50,042 nt of DNA from an uncultured bacterium (GTDB taxonomy: Bacteria; Gemmatimonadota; Gemmatimonadetes; Longimicrobiales; Gaopeijiaceae). Shown here piece after piece: positions 37,417-44,856 of the stretch. Made by a program: the position numbers and the translations under genes. The stretch spans positions 1 through 50,042 of the forward strand of contig CBDUAX010000001.1 in NCBI GenBank assembly GCA_965365235.1, written 5' to 3'. The notes beneath the pieces were generated by a model. It saw nothing but the letters and a program-made list of their open reading frames with translations, ran no database searches and was not told the DNA's origin. Numbering within the stretch: the first letter of the stretch is position 1; every line of letters starts with the position of its first letter.

Positions 37417-39483
37417 TCAACTGCTTTCAGGGAGGGCGGGAAGGCCGATCCTCTCTTGCAGACGAACGAAGCGTGGATGTGACCGAACCGGATCGAAGAT
37501 TCGATGCCCACCCATGAAGAGGACAAAACCCAGACGGAGCTCCACAGCCTCTTCCATGTAGTCCATGGCTTTTTCTATTTCCCCCAGTCCCATGTGCGCG
37601 AAACAGAAGTCGACCTCCAAAGACACTTCAGGTTCCCTCCGGCGCCGTTCCTCCAGTAGCCCAAAGAGTTGGCGGGCTTCCTCTCTTCGCCCCATGGCCG
37701 TCAGTGCGAAGATCCGGTGCGGGATAACCTTGAATGGGTCTCCCGTTCGCCGGATGATCTCCTCGAACTCCTTCATTGCCTCCGGGACCCGGTCCTGGGC
37801 TGCATAGGCCCACCCCAACATCTCTCTTGCTGAGCGGAACTCAGGATCGAGCTCCAGGACCTGCTTGAGTTGGGCTTCGGCCTCTCCGGCTCGGTCCAGG
37901 TGGAGAAGGGTCTCCCCCAGGGCGGTCCGGATCAGGCTGGACAGGGGATCGAGCTGGAGGGCGAGCTGAAGCTCCTCCTCTGCGCCCTCCCCGTCACCCA
38001 TGGCCTTCAGGTACATGGCGTAGAGGCGCCGGAGGGGGGCAGCCCCCGGTGTAAGTGAGATGGCCTTTTGAAAGTGCCGGTACGCGCCGTCGAAGTCCCA
38101 GTCATGGAAGAAGAGAACTGTGGCCATGGCGGCATGAGCGGCTCCCGATCCGTCTTCCAGCTCCAACGCCTTCTGGGCCGCCTCCCTGGCCCGGGCATAG
38201 GCATTCTTCGGATGCATGTGGCCGATGGCGGCGAGAAAGGTATAGGCGGTACCCATGCCGGCGTAGGGAAGCCCGCAGTCCGGGTCCATCTCGATCGATC
38301 GCTGGAAGTGACGGATAGCGGCTCGAGATCCTTCCGGCGACCATCGCTGGAACGCGTGAGCGCCCTTCAAGAACTCGGTGTAAGCCTCCGTGTCGTGAAC
38401 ATGGTGGGGCACAAGGCGCGGTCGTTCCCTTTCACCCCCCTGAATGCCACGACCTGGAATTTCCGACGGTGCCGGGTCCTCTGTTGGGGAGCTGGCCTCC
38501 TGAGGGTGGTGTACGCGCCTCTCCGGCTTCGCCTCTACACTTCCGGCGGCCACATCCCCCAGGAACTGCCCTTCCAACTCCTCCATGATCGTGCGGGCCA
38601 ACTCGTCCTGGGTTTCGAAGATATCGGTGATGTCCCGGTCGTATACCTCCGAAAAGAGATGGTAACCGTCCTTGGTGTTGATGAGCTGAGCCGCGATTCG
38701 TACTCGGTTGCCGGCCCGACGGACGCTCCCCTCCAGCACGGTTGAGACACCCAGTTCCTCCCCGATGGTGCGAACGTCCAGGTTCTTGCCTTTGAAGGCG
38801 AAGGACGAGGTCCTGGCCGTGACCTGCAGCCCGTTCACGCGGGTGAGGGCGTTGATGATCTCCTCCGTGATCCCATCGCTGAAGAACTCATTCTCGGGAT
38901 CTGAGGACATGTTCATGAAGGGGAGCACGGCGATGCTGTTCCTGTAGTCCGAGGGGCGGGAGCCCATCTCGGTCGGATCCGGAACGACGAGTCCATCGTT
39001 GGCGATGGCCCAGACCTCCATGGGGCGTTTGACATTCTTCAGAGCGAATGAGCCCATGGATCGGGTCAAAATTCCCGACTGGTTCTTCACCTCGTCGAAG
39101 ACCTTCTCGGAGATGAGGACCCCGCCGGGTGTAGCGAGGCCTTGGACCCGGGCCGCCAGGTTGACCCCGTCTCCGAAGACTCCCTCATCGTCGTAGATGA
39201 TGTCCCCGGTGTGGATCCCCACTCGAACGGGCACGGGTGGATCTTTTCTCAGGTCGGTTTGGATGGCGATGCTGCACTCTACGGCCAGGATTGCACTCTG
39301 GAAGACGCTGAGGGCTCCATCGCCATAGAACTGCAGAATATTCCCCTGGTGTTTCTCCACCTCCCGGACCAGGACATCCCGATTCCGGTCCCGGCTCTGC
39401 TTGGCACGGTCCTCATCCTCCTGCATGAGAGCCGTGTAGCCGACCATGTCGGCGAACATGATAGCGGTGAGCTGCCGGTTCAT
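37417..39483 (-). CDS. class III adenylate/guanylate-type nucleotidyl cyclase with TolB-like and TPR regions
   Basis: Cyclase motifs IMFADMVGYTALM, FYGDGALSVF, RVGIHTGD and GDGVNLAARV. These are followed by IAVLPFMNMSSDPENEFFSDGITEEIINAL (TolB-like) and C-terminal TPR repeats. Confidence 0.9.
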   Translation of the reverse strand: MNRQLTAIMFADMVGYTALMQEDEDRAKQSRDRNRDVLVREVEKHQGNILQFYGDGALSVFQSAILAVECSIAIQTDLRKDPPVPVRVGIHTGDIIYDDEGVFGDGVNLAARVQGLATPGGVLISEKVFDEVKNQSGILTRSMGSFALKNVKRPMEVWAIANDGLVVPDPTEMGSRPSDYRNSIAVLPFMNMSSDPENEFFSDGITEEIINALTRVNGLQVTARTSSFAFKGKNLDVRTIGEELGVSTVLEGSVRRAGNRVRIAAQLINTKDGYHLFSEVYDRDITDIFETQDELARTIMEELEGQFLGDVAAGSVEAKPERRVHHPQEASSPTEDPAPSEIPGRGIQGGERERPRLVPHHVHDTEAYTEFLKGAHAFQRWSPEGSRAAIRHFQRSIEMDPDCGLPYAGMGTAYTFLAAIGHMHPKNAYARAREAAQKALELEDGSGAAHAAMATVLFFHDWDFDGAYRHFQKAISLTPGAAPLRRLYAMYLKAMGDGEGAEEELQLALQLDPLSSLIRTALGETLLHLDRAGEAEAQLKQVLELDPEFRSAREMLGWAYAAQDRVPEAMKEFEEIIRRTGDPFKVIPHRIFALTAMGRREEARQLFGLLEERRRREPEVSLEVDFCFAHMGLGEIEKAMDYMEEAVELRLGFVLFMGGHRIFDPVRSHPRFVRLQERIGLPALPESS

Positions 39484-39695
39484 TCTTTCACTTCCAGGGG
39501 CTGGAACCCGGTGAGGTGACCGGACGACCTCAAATCGGGGAGCCGGCCAGGGGGGTGGCGAAGGTGCTCCTGATGGCGGTGAACATCGATCTGTGTCGCC
39601 CAGGGCCCAGGATAGAGGATCTTCACGCCGAGTGATGGAAAGATATGCTTCCAGAAACCCCCAAGTGTTCCTTCCGTTTCACACAACTTCACCTA

Positions 39696-39760
39696 TCCGA
39701 TCCAAGAAGGCTCGACTCCGCCCACAGGACCAAGCTGGTCCTGCGTAATCTTGGATCGGA
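39696..39760. repeat. nested perfect inverted repeats (12-bp outer, 8-bp inner) in a 470-nt divergent intergenic region
   Basis: TCCGATCCAAGA (39696-39707) pairs with TCTTGGATCGGA (39749-39760). Inside, CAGGACCA (39725-39732) pairs with TGGTCCTG (39736-39743). All positions were checked base by base. Confidence 0.5.
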
Positions 39761-39955
39761 CTCGCACGATGACAAACCCTTTGTTTTTCTTCTTTCCATG
39801 GATGCTCCCGAGTGTACCCTTCGGCTCTCTGTGGGAAGAAGGCCTGGGTGTCCCCTGGACAAGGGCAACCCGGTTCGGTTTTTTCCAGTCTCCCCAGTTA
39901 GAGAACAACCTCCGCGGGTTCGGTGGAGGTGTTCAGGATCGAGGCAGGAGGTCTC

Positions 39956-40546
39956 ATGCCGACCCAAACCCTTCGGAGCGTCCTCCAGGCTCGCGGGGCG
40001 GAGCTGATCCTTGAAGCTACCCTGATCGTTTTCGCCGTCCTGGTCGCTCTGGCGGTAGACGAATGGAATGAAGGGCGGGAGTTCCGGGAGCTTGCGGACA
40101 TTGCCCGGACGGCCGTCCTGGCCGAGTTGACGGGCAACCAGGCCGAACTCGAAAAGAGTGCTCCCACCGTCCAGGCCATCCTTGACGAAGTCACGGATGT
40201 GGTCCAGCGCCTCGAGGCCGGAGAGGTGGTGACCGAGGCGAGGTTGTCTGGGGAGCTTCCCGATTTCTCGGATGCTGCCTGGGAAACCGCCCGAGCCACT
40301 GGGTCCATGGCCCGCATGGATTACGAGTGGGTTCTGAGAACGGCTCGGGTCTACGAAACCCAAGAGCTGACCCTGGACCTTCAGCGAGACCTGCTGGTCA
40401 CCTTCGGGAACCTGGCGGTGAGAAAACCCGACCTTGACCGCTTCACCGGTTTTCGGGGTCAGCTGGTGGTGTTGATCATGTTGCACCGAGCGCTCCAGGA
40501 ACGGTACGACGAGGCCCTGGGCGATCCCGGACCCCCCGATGCCTGA
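39956..40546 (+). CDS. hypothetical single-pass membrane protein
   Basis: ATG 39956 is preceded by AGGAGG with a 6-nt spacer. TM helix LILEATLIVFAVLVALAV, followed by a helical soluble domain. No family recognised. Confidence 0.6.
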   Translation: MPTQTLRSVLQARGAELILEATLIVFAVLVALAVDEWNEGREFRELADIARTAVLAELTGNQAELEKSAPTVQAILDEVTDVVQRLEAGEVVTEARLSGELPDFSDAAWETARATGSMARMDYEWVLRTARVYETQELTLDLQRDLLVTFGNLAVRKPDLDRFTGFRGQLVVLIMLHRALQERYDEALGDPGPPDA

Positions 40547-40552
40547 GGTCGC

Positions 40553-42355
40553 CTAGCGTGCCAGCAGACCTCCCCTCCGATAGATCTCCATCTGAACCTC
40601 CGAAAAGGAGGCGTCCACGGAAGTGCCCGACGGGAGTTTGATGGTCTGCTCTCTCAGATTCACTTCGATCTCCTGCCCGCTCTCCAAGCCGAGGGAGATG
40701 AGGTCCGCGGCCACGATGGGGAACCCCTTGTTGATGGCGTTCCTCTCGTAGATAGCACCGAACGACTCTGCGATCACCGCCGACACGCCAAGGCTCTCGA
40801 AGCAGTCCACGGCCTGTTGCCGAGAAGACCCCGCTCCGAAGTTCTTCCCTGTCACCACCATGTCGCCAGGCCGGGCCTTTTTCGCGAAGTCCTCCCAACC
40901 TTCAAGGTTGTCGAAGGTGTACTGACCCATCTCGGCGATATCGGTGATGGTGAGATAGCGGTTATGGAAGATCATGTCCGTGTCGATGTTGTCTTTGTTT
41001 ACCACCCAGACACGACCCTTCAGAACTTCTGGCTTGACCTGGGGGTGGCTCCCCCGGATCTCGGTCCGCTCGGCTGTGGAATCCGGGCCCTCCTGAAAGA
41101 GAACCGGTGAATCCGGAATCTGGTCCGGCGTGGTGATCACCCCTGCCACCGCCGAAGCCGCGACCACAGCTGGTGAGGCCAGGTAGACCTCTCCCTTTCC
41201 CTGCTTGCCGGCGAAGTTCCGATTGCCGGTGCTCACGGTGACTTCGCCGGGGCCGTTCTGCCCGACCTGGCCGGCGGCACATCCGGCACACCCTGCGTTG
41301 CTCACCAGGGCCCTGGCTTCCTTGAAGATGTCGATGAGGCCTTCCTTCAAACACCGTTGCCAAATTCGGTCCGTGCTGGGGACGATCTTCAGCACGACCC
41401 CCGGAGCGACTTTTCGGCCTTTCAACACGTCTGCCGCTGCCTTCATGTCCTCGAACCTGCCGTTCGTGCAGGATCCGATGAATGCCGACCCGATCTTTTG
41501 TCCGGCTACATCGGTGACCTCAACCACGTCTTCCGGATGACCCGGCCGGGACACCAGGGGGGTGAGGCCCTCGATATCCACCTCGACGGTCTTCTCATAG
41601 GTGGCGTCCGGATCGGCGTACACGCCATCGACTCTCGACCCCCTGGCCTTGGTAGCGAATTCCAGGACCTCCTGGTTGGGGGGGAAAAGAGCGATGATCC
41701 CACCCATCTCCGTGGCCATGGAGGAAATCGTGATCCGAGCAGCGAGACCCAGACTCTCCACGACATCTCCATACACCTCCGCTGCGTAGCCCAAGAGTCC
41801 GTTGGCCCCCAGGACCTTGAGCATGGCGAGAGTGATATCCTTGGCCGAGGCCGAGGGGGAGGGCGTGCCGGTCAGAAGAACTTTGATGGTGGGGGGAACC
41901 TTGAACCACACCTTCCCGAAGGCGAATGCCTGGGCCACGTCCACATCTCCCATACCCTGCCCAAAAGCGCCAATGGCGCCCATGATGTTGGCGTGGGAAT
42001 CGGTGGATACGAACGTGGATCCCGGGATGGTCAAACCCTCATCGATTGCCAGGTGGGTACCGATCCCCGCATCGATATCATAGACGTCGATGTTCTTTCC
42101 CCGGGCGAACTCCCGACAAACCTGCTGGTTTGTAGCGTACTTCTGATCCGATCCGCCTGGGTTGCAGTCGAAGGTGAAGATGGTCTTTGATGGGTCGGCC
42201 ACCGGAAGGGCATTGTCTCGGATGTTCTTGACGACGTTGGCGCCCCCGAAGTCCCGGGCCGCCCTGACGTCGATGCTGATGTCCACGATCTCACCGGGGC
42301 TCACCTGGGTGCCGGCGTGATCACCGATGATCTTCTCTATGATGGTCTTTCCCAT
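40553..42355 (-). CDS. aconitase-family dehydratase, fused LeuC-like large and LeuD-like small subunits (3-isopropylmalate/homoaconitate type)
   Basis: N-terminal MGKTIIEKI...VSTDSHANIMGAIGAFG and GSCTNGR. C-terminal swivel domain GKNFGAGSSRQQAV. Confidence 0.85.
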   Translation of the reverse strand: MGKTIIEKIIGDHAGTQVSPGEIVDISIDVRAARDFGGANVVKNIRDNALPVADPSKTIFTFDCNPGGSDQKYATNQQVCREFARGKNIDVYDIDAGIGTHLAIDEGLTIPGSTFVSTDSHANIMGAIGAFGQGMGDVDVAQAFAFGKVWFKVPPTIKVLLTGTPSPSASAKDITLAMLKVLGANGLLGYAAEVYGDVVESLGLAARITISSMATEMGGIIALFPPNQEVLEFATKARGSRVDGVYADPDATYEKTVEVDIEGLTPLVSRPGHPEDVVEVTDVAGQKIGSAFIGSCTNGRFEDMKAAADVLKGRKVAPGVVLKIVPSTDRIWQRCLKEGLIDIFKEARALVSNAGCAGCAAGQVGQNGPGEVTVSTGNRNFAGKQGKGEVYLASPAVVAASAVAGVITTPDQIPDSPVLFQEGPDSTAERTEIRGSHPQVKPEVLKGRVWVVNKDNIDTDMIFHNRYLTITDIAEMGQYTFDNLEGWEDFAKKARPGDMVVTGKNFGAGSSRQQAVDCFESLGVSAVIAESFGAIYERNAINKGFPIVAADLISLGLESGQEIEVNLREQTIKLPSGTSVDASFSEVQMEIYRRGGLLAR

Positions 42356-42405
42356 TCTTCCTCTCCACGGGTTCGAAGTGCGACTCGCACCTCGGTACTT
42401 GGCTC

Positions 42406-43125
42406 TCAGTTTTTGGGTGGCGGATCCGAAGCCTCTTCGCCTCGGGCCAGGACTTCCAACTTGCCGATGGACAGGATGGTCACCTGTCTGCCTTCCGTTT
42501 GGATAACTCCTTTTTGCCGAAGATCGGCCAGGGCCCGCGCCACGCTCTCGCGGCTCGTGGCCAACTCATGGGCCAACTCGGACTGGGTTCGTGAGAGTTT
42601 GAACGTGCCTCCATTTGTCAGCACTCCTGCCATTTCAGCCAGCTCCAGAAGGGTTTTGGCGACCCGGCTTGGAACGCTTCGAAGGGTCACCTTCTCCACG
42701 ACCTGGACCAACTTCCTCAAGCGGCGGCCGAGGTTTCGGATCACTGCATCGGCGATCTCGGGGTGCTCATGGTACAGTCTCTGGAAGTCGTCGCGGGACA
42801 GGAAGAAGAGCTCGGAGTCCTCTGCCGTTCGGCCAGCCGCGGGGTATTCCCCCTCGTCGAAAACCGGCAGCTCCGCGACACTCTGAACGGGCACTTCGGA
42901 GTGGAGGATCTGTTCTCGGCCGTCTGCCGTTGTCCTGTAGATTTCCACCCTTCCCTTCACCAGCACGTAGACACCCCGGGCCGTCTCCCCCTTCCGGAAG
43001 AGGATCGTGCCGGCTGACGCCGACCTGTGAACCATACGTTGGGCGACCAACTCCAAAGCCTCCTCTGAGAGGCCCTTGAAGAAGGAAACGCCCTTCAACT
43101 GGTCTTTCGGATTCCGAAAAGGCAC
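42406..43125 (-). CDS. Crp/Fnr-family transcription regulator (CRP-like recognition helix)
   Basis: cNMP-binding-like domain (FFKGLSEEALELVA..., FRKGE, YVLVKGRVEIY). HTH LSRTQSELAHELATSRESVARAL with an R-E-x3-R pattern. No N-terminal FNR Cys cluster. GTG 43125 is preceded by AAGGA. The ORF-track ATG 43194 is the alternative. Confidence 0.85.
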   Translation of the reverse strand: MPFRNPKDQLKGVSFFKGLSEEALELVAQRMVHRSASAGTILFRKGETARGVYVLVKGRVEIYRTTADGREQILHSEVPVQSVAELPVFDEGEYPAAGRTAEDSELFFLSRDDFQRLYHEHPEIADAVIRNLGRRLRKLVQVVEKVTLRSVPSRVAKTLLELAEMAGVLTNGGTFKLSRTQSELAHELATSRESVARALADLRQKGVIQTEGRQVTILSIGKLEVLARGEEASDPPPKN

Positions 43126-43153
43126 AGCTGTCCTTGTCAGGCTCAGGCGGAAA

Positions 43154-43171
43154 CCGTGATATTCGTCACAG
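43154..43171. promoter_or_regulatory. CRP/HcpR-type box CCGTGA-N6-TCACAG (one mismatch) between the regulator and the second octahaem gene
   Basis: The sequence is CCGTGATATTCGTCACAG. It is intergenic only if the regulator starts at GTG 43125. Confidence 0.45.
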
Positions 43172-43322
43172 AAAAATGATGGGCCATCCGTCATAATGGA
43201 AGACAGTGACCAGCCGCCGGAGCAAACGCCGTTCCGGGCGGCTTTCAGAATCTCCTCTTCGCCCGGAGCGATTTGGGCGCTTCGGTGGCGGAAAACCTAT
43301 GCCTCTTCTCGGGAGGTGAGCT

Positions 43323-44621
43323 GTGCTTCAGTCCGTATCAAGCGGGGGTAGTCGAAACGCCCTCGGCTTCGTCCTTTTCCTGACACCACTCCTTCTTCTC
43401 GCATTTTCCTTTCCCACCGCTGCCTCGGCACAGAACAGGGAGTGCGTCACCTGCCACCTGGAAGAAACACCGGGGATGGTGGCTGACTGGGAGGCCAGCC
43501 GGCACGCCGAGGTGGGCGTGGGATGCACCACCTGTCATGGCGAGGGTGACCATGACGCGTACGATATGGGGCGAATCGACAAGATCCCGACCCCCGAAAC
43601 GTGCCGTACCTGTCACCCGGCCCAGGTCGAACAGTTCTCCTCCGGGAAACATGCGCTGGCGTGGGCGGCCATGAACGCCATGCCATCGATTCACGCCCAA
43701 CCGGTAGCTCTTACGGATGGGATGAAGGGATGTGGCGGGTGCCACAAGATCGGGCTGAAAGACGAGGACACCCTCAGAGAGTTGAAGGAGACGGGGGCAG
43801 GGTACGGGCTAGCGTCTTGTGACGCCTGTCATACCAGACACCTCTTCTCGGTCAAAGAGGCCAGGCAACCACAAGCGTGCCAGACCTGCCATATGGGGAT
43901 GGACCACGCCCAGTGGGAGATGTACTCCACTTCGAAACATGGTGTCCGGTACCTCCTGAAACAGAATGGGACCCTTCCAGAGAGCGTCGCGGCTCCTACC
44001 TGCCAGACGTGCCACATGTCTGAGGGGAACCATGAGGTTCGGACGGCCTGGGGGTTCCTGGGGTTGAGGACGAATGGACTGGCACCCTACCCGGGAGAAA
44101 GCGACGAGTGGTGGGCTGATCGGGTCACCATTCTCCAGGCCTTGGGAATTCTGGATCCAGACGGGAATCCTACCGGCCGGCTGGATGTGGTGGCTGCCGC
44201 CCAGGTGGCGCGCTTGAGTGCAGAAGAGTTCGATGCGGAGCGGGACAAGATGATCGGAATCTGCACCGGTTGTCATGCGGAGGCCTTCGTTCTGGCCGAG
44301 CTCAAAAAGGGTGACGATCTGATTCGAGAGGGCGACCGAGTCCTGGCCGAGGCCATCCGGATTGTCGCGGGCTTATATCAGGAGGGAATTCTGGAACAGC
44401 CGGAGGGGTATGCCTATGCCTTCCCGGATCTCCTCACCTTCCACGATGCTCCGACCCGGATCGAGCAGACGCTGTTCAGGATGCACCTCGAGTACCGTCA
44501 GCGCCTTTTCCAGGGGGCCTTCCACAACAACCCCGATTACTCGCTCTGGTACGGATGGAGTGAGTTGCAGCAGGGGTTGGCAGAGGTCAAACAGATGGAT
44601 GAGGAAATGAGAGGGCACTGA
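43323..44621 (+). CDS. periplasmic octahaem cytochrome c, short HAO-like paralogue
   Basis: GTG start after GGGAGG. Signal peptide ...LLLLAFSFPTAASAQ. Eight CxxCH motifs (CVTCH, CTTCH, CRTCH, CGGCH, CDACH, CQTCH, CQTCH, CTGCH). The blocks MGMDHAQWEMYSTSKHG and FQGAFHNNPDYSLWYG parallel those of the 21358..22995 protein. Confidence 0.78.
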   Translation: MLQSVSSGGSRNALGFVLFLTPLLLLAFSFPTAASAQNRECVTCHLEETPGMVADWEASRHAEVGVGCTTCHGEGDHDAYDMGRIDKIPTPETCRTCHPAQVEQFSSGKHALAWAAMNAMPSIHAQPVALTDGMKGCGGCHKIGLKDEDTLRELKETGAGYGLASCDACHTRHLFSVKEARQPQACQTCHMGMDHAQWEMYSTSKHGVRYLLKQNGTLPESVAAPTCQTCHMSEGNHEVRTAWGFLGLRTNGLAPYPGESDEWWADRVTILQALGILDPDGNPTGRLDVVAAAQVARLSAEEFDAERDKMIGICTGCHAEAFVLAELKKGDDLIREGDRVLAEAIRIVAGLYQEGILEQPEGYAYAFPDLLTFHDAPTRIEQTLFRMHLEYRQRLFQGAFHNNPDYSLWYGWSELQQGLAEVKQMDEEMRGH

Positions 44622-44682
44622 CCGGCCGAAGGGACCCCTCGATCGGGTAGATCGACGGTCCGACAGAGAGTTTGGTATTCCA

Positions 44683-44720
44683 CCCACGGGGGCGAAGGAT
44701 CGCCCCCGTGGGTTTCTGCT
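44683..44720 (+). terminator. intrinsic terminator after the second octahaem gene
   Basis: A 12-bp perfect stem CCCACGGGGGCG / CGCCCCCGTGGG with loop AAGGAT, followed by TTTCTGCTT. Confidence 0.75.
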
Positions 44721-44775
44721 TCCGGATAGTCCTTGATTGGGTCAGGGGCCCTGGCGGTGAAGATGGGGGTTCTGG

Positions 44776-44793
44776 CTGTGACTGGGATCACAG
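44776..44793. promoter_or_regulatory. CRP/HcpR-type operator CTGTGA-N6-TCACAG upstream of the DUF438-hemerythrin gene
   Basis: CTGTGACTGGGATCACAG has perfect arms. It is centred about 72 nt upstream of ATG 44857. Confidence 0.6.
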
Positions 44794-44856
44794 CCTCCGG
44801 GTATCGGAATGCCTAACCTTTTTGAGACTCTGAGAACCCCGGACGAGAAGGCCCGT

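Noticed and set aside
33916-39483. Calling the cyclase / TM-protein locus a canonical Pycsar defence system.
   Set aside because: The cyclase is a 688-aa TolB/TPR-type enzyme and a large Omp85-like gene is inserted. The TM protein has no cNMP-binding domain, and no other defence genes or mobile-element hallmarks flank it. It is kept only as a hypothesis.
39645-40486. ORFs 39645..40007 (+) and 39689..40486 (-) covering the structured intergenic region.
   Set aside because: Their composition is not protein-like. The minus ORF is antisense to a better plus-strand gene (39956..40546), which has a strong AGGAGG SD sequence.
43818-43833. TGTGA-N6-TCATA, a near match to the CRP-type box.
   Set aside because: It lies inside the octahaem CDS, where it is generated by the CDACH haem-motif codons. 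It has one mismatch and no promoter context.
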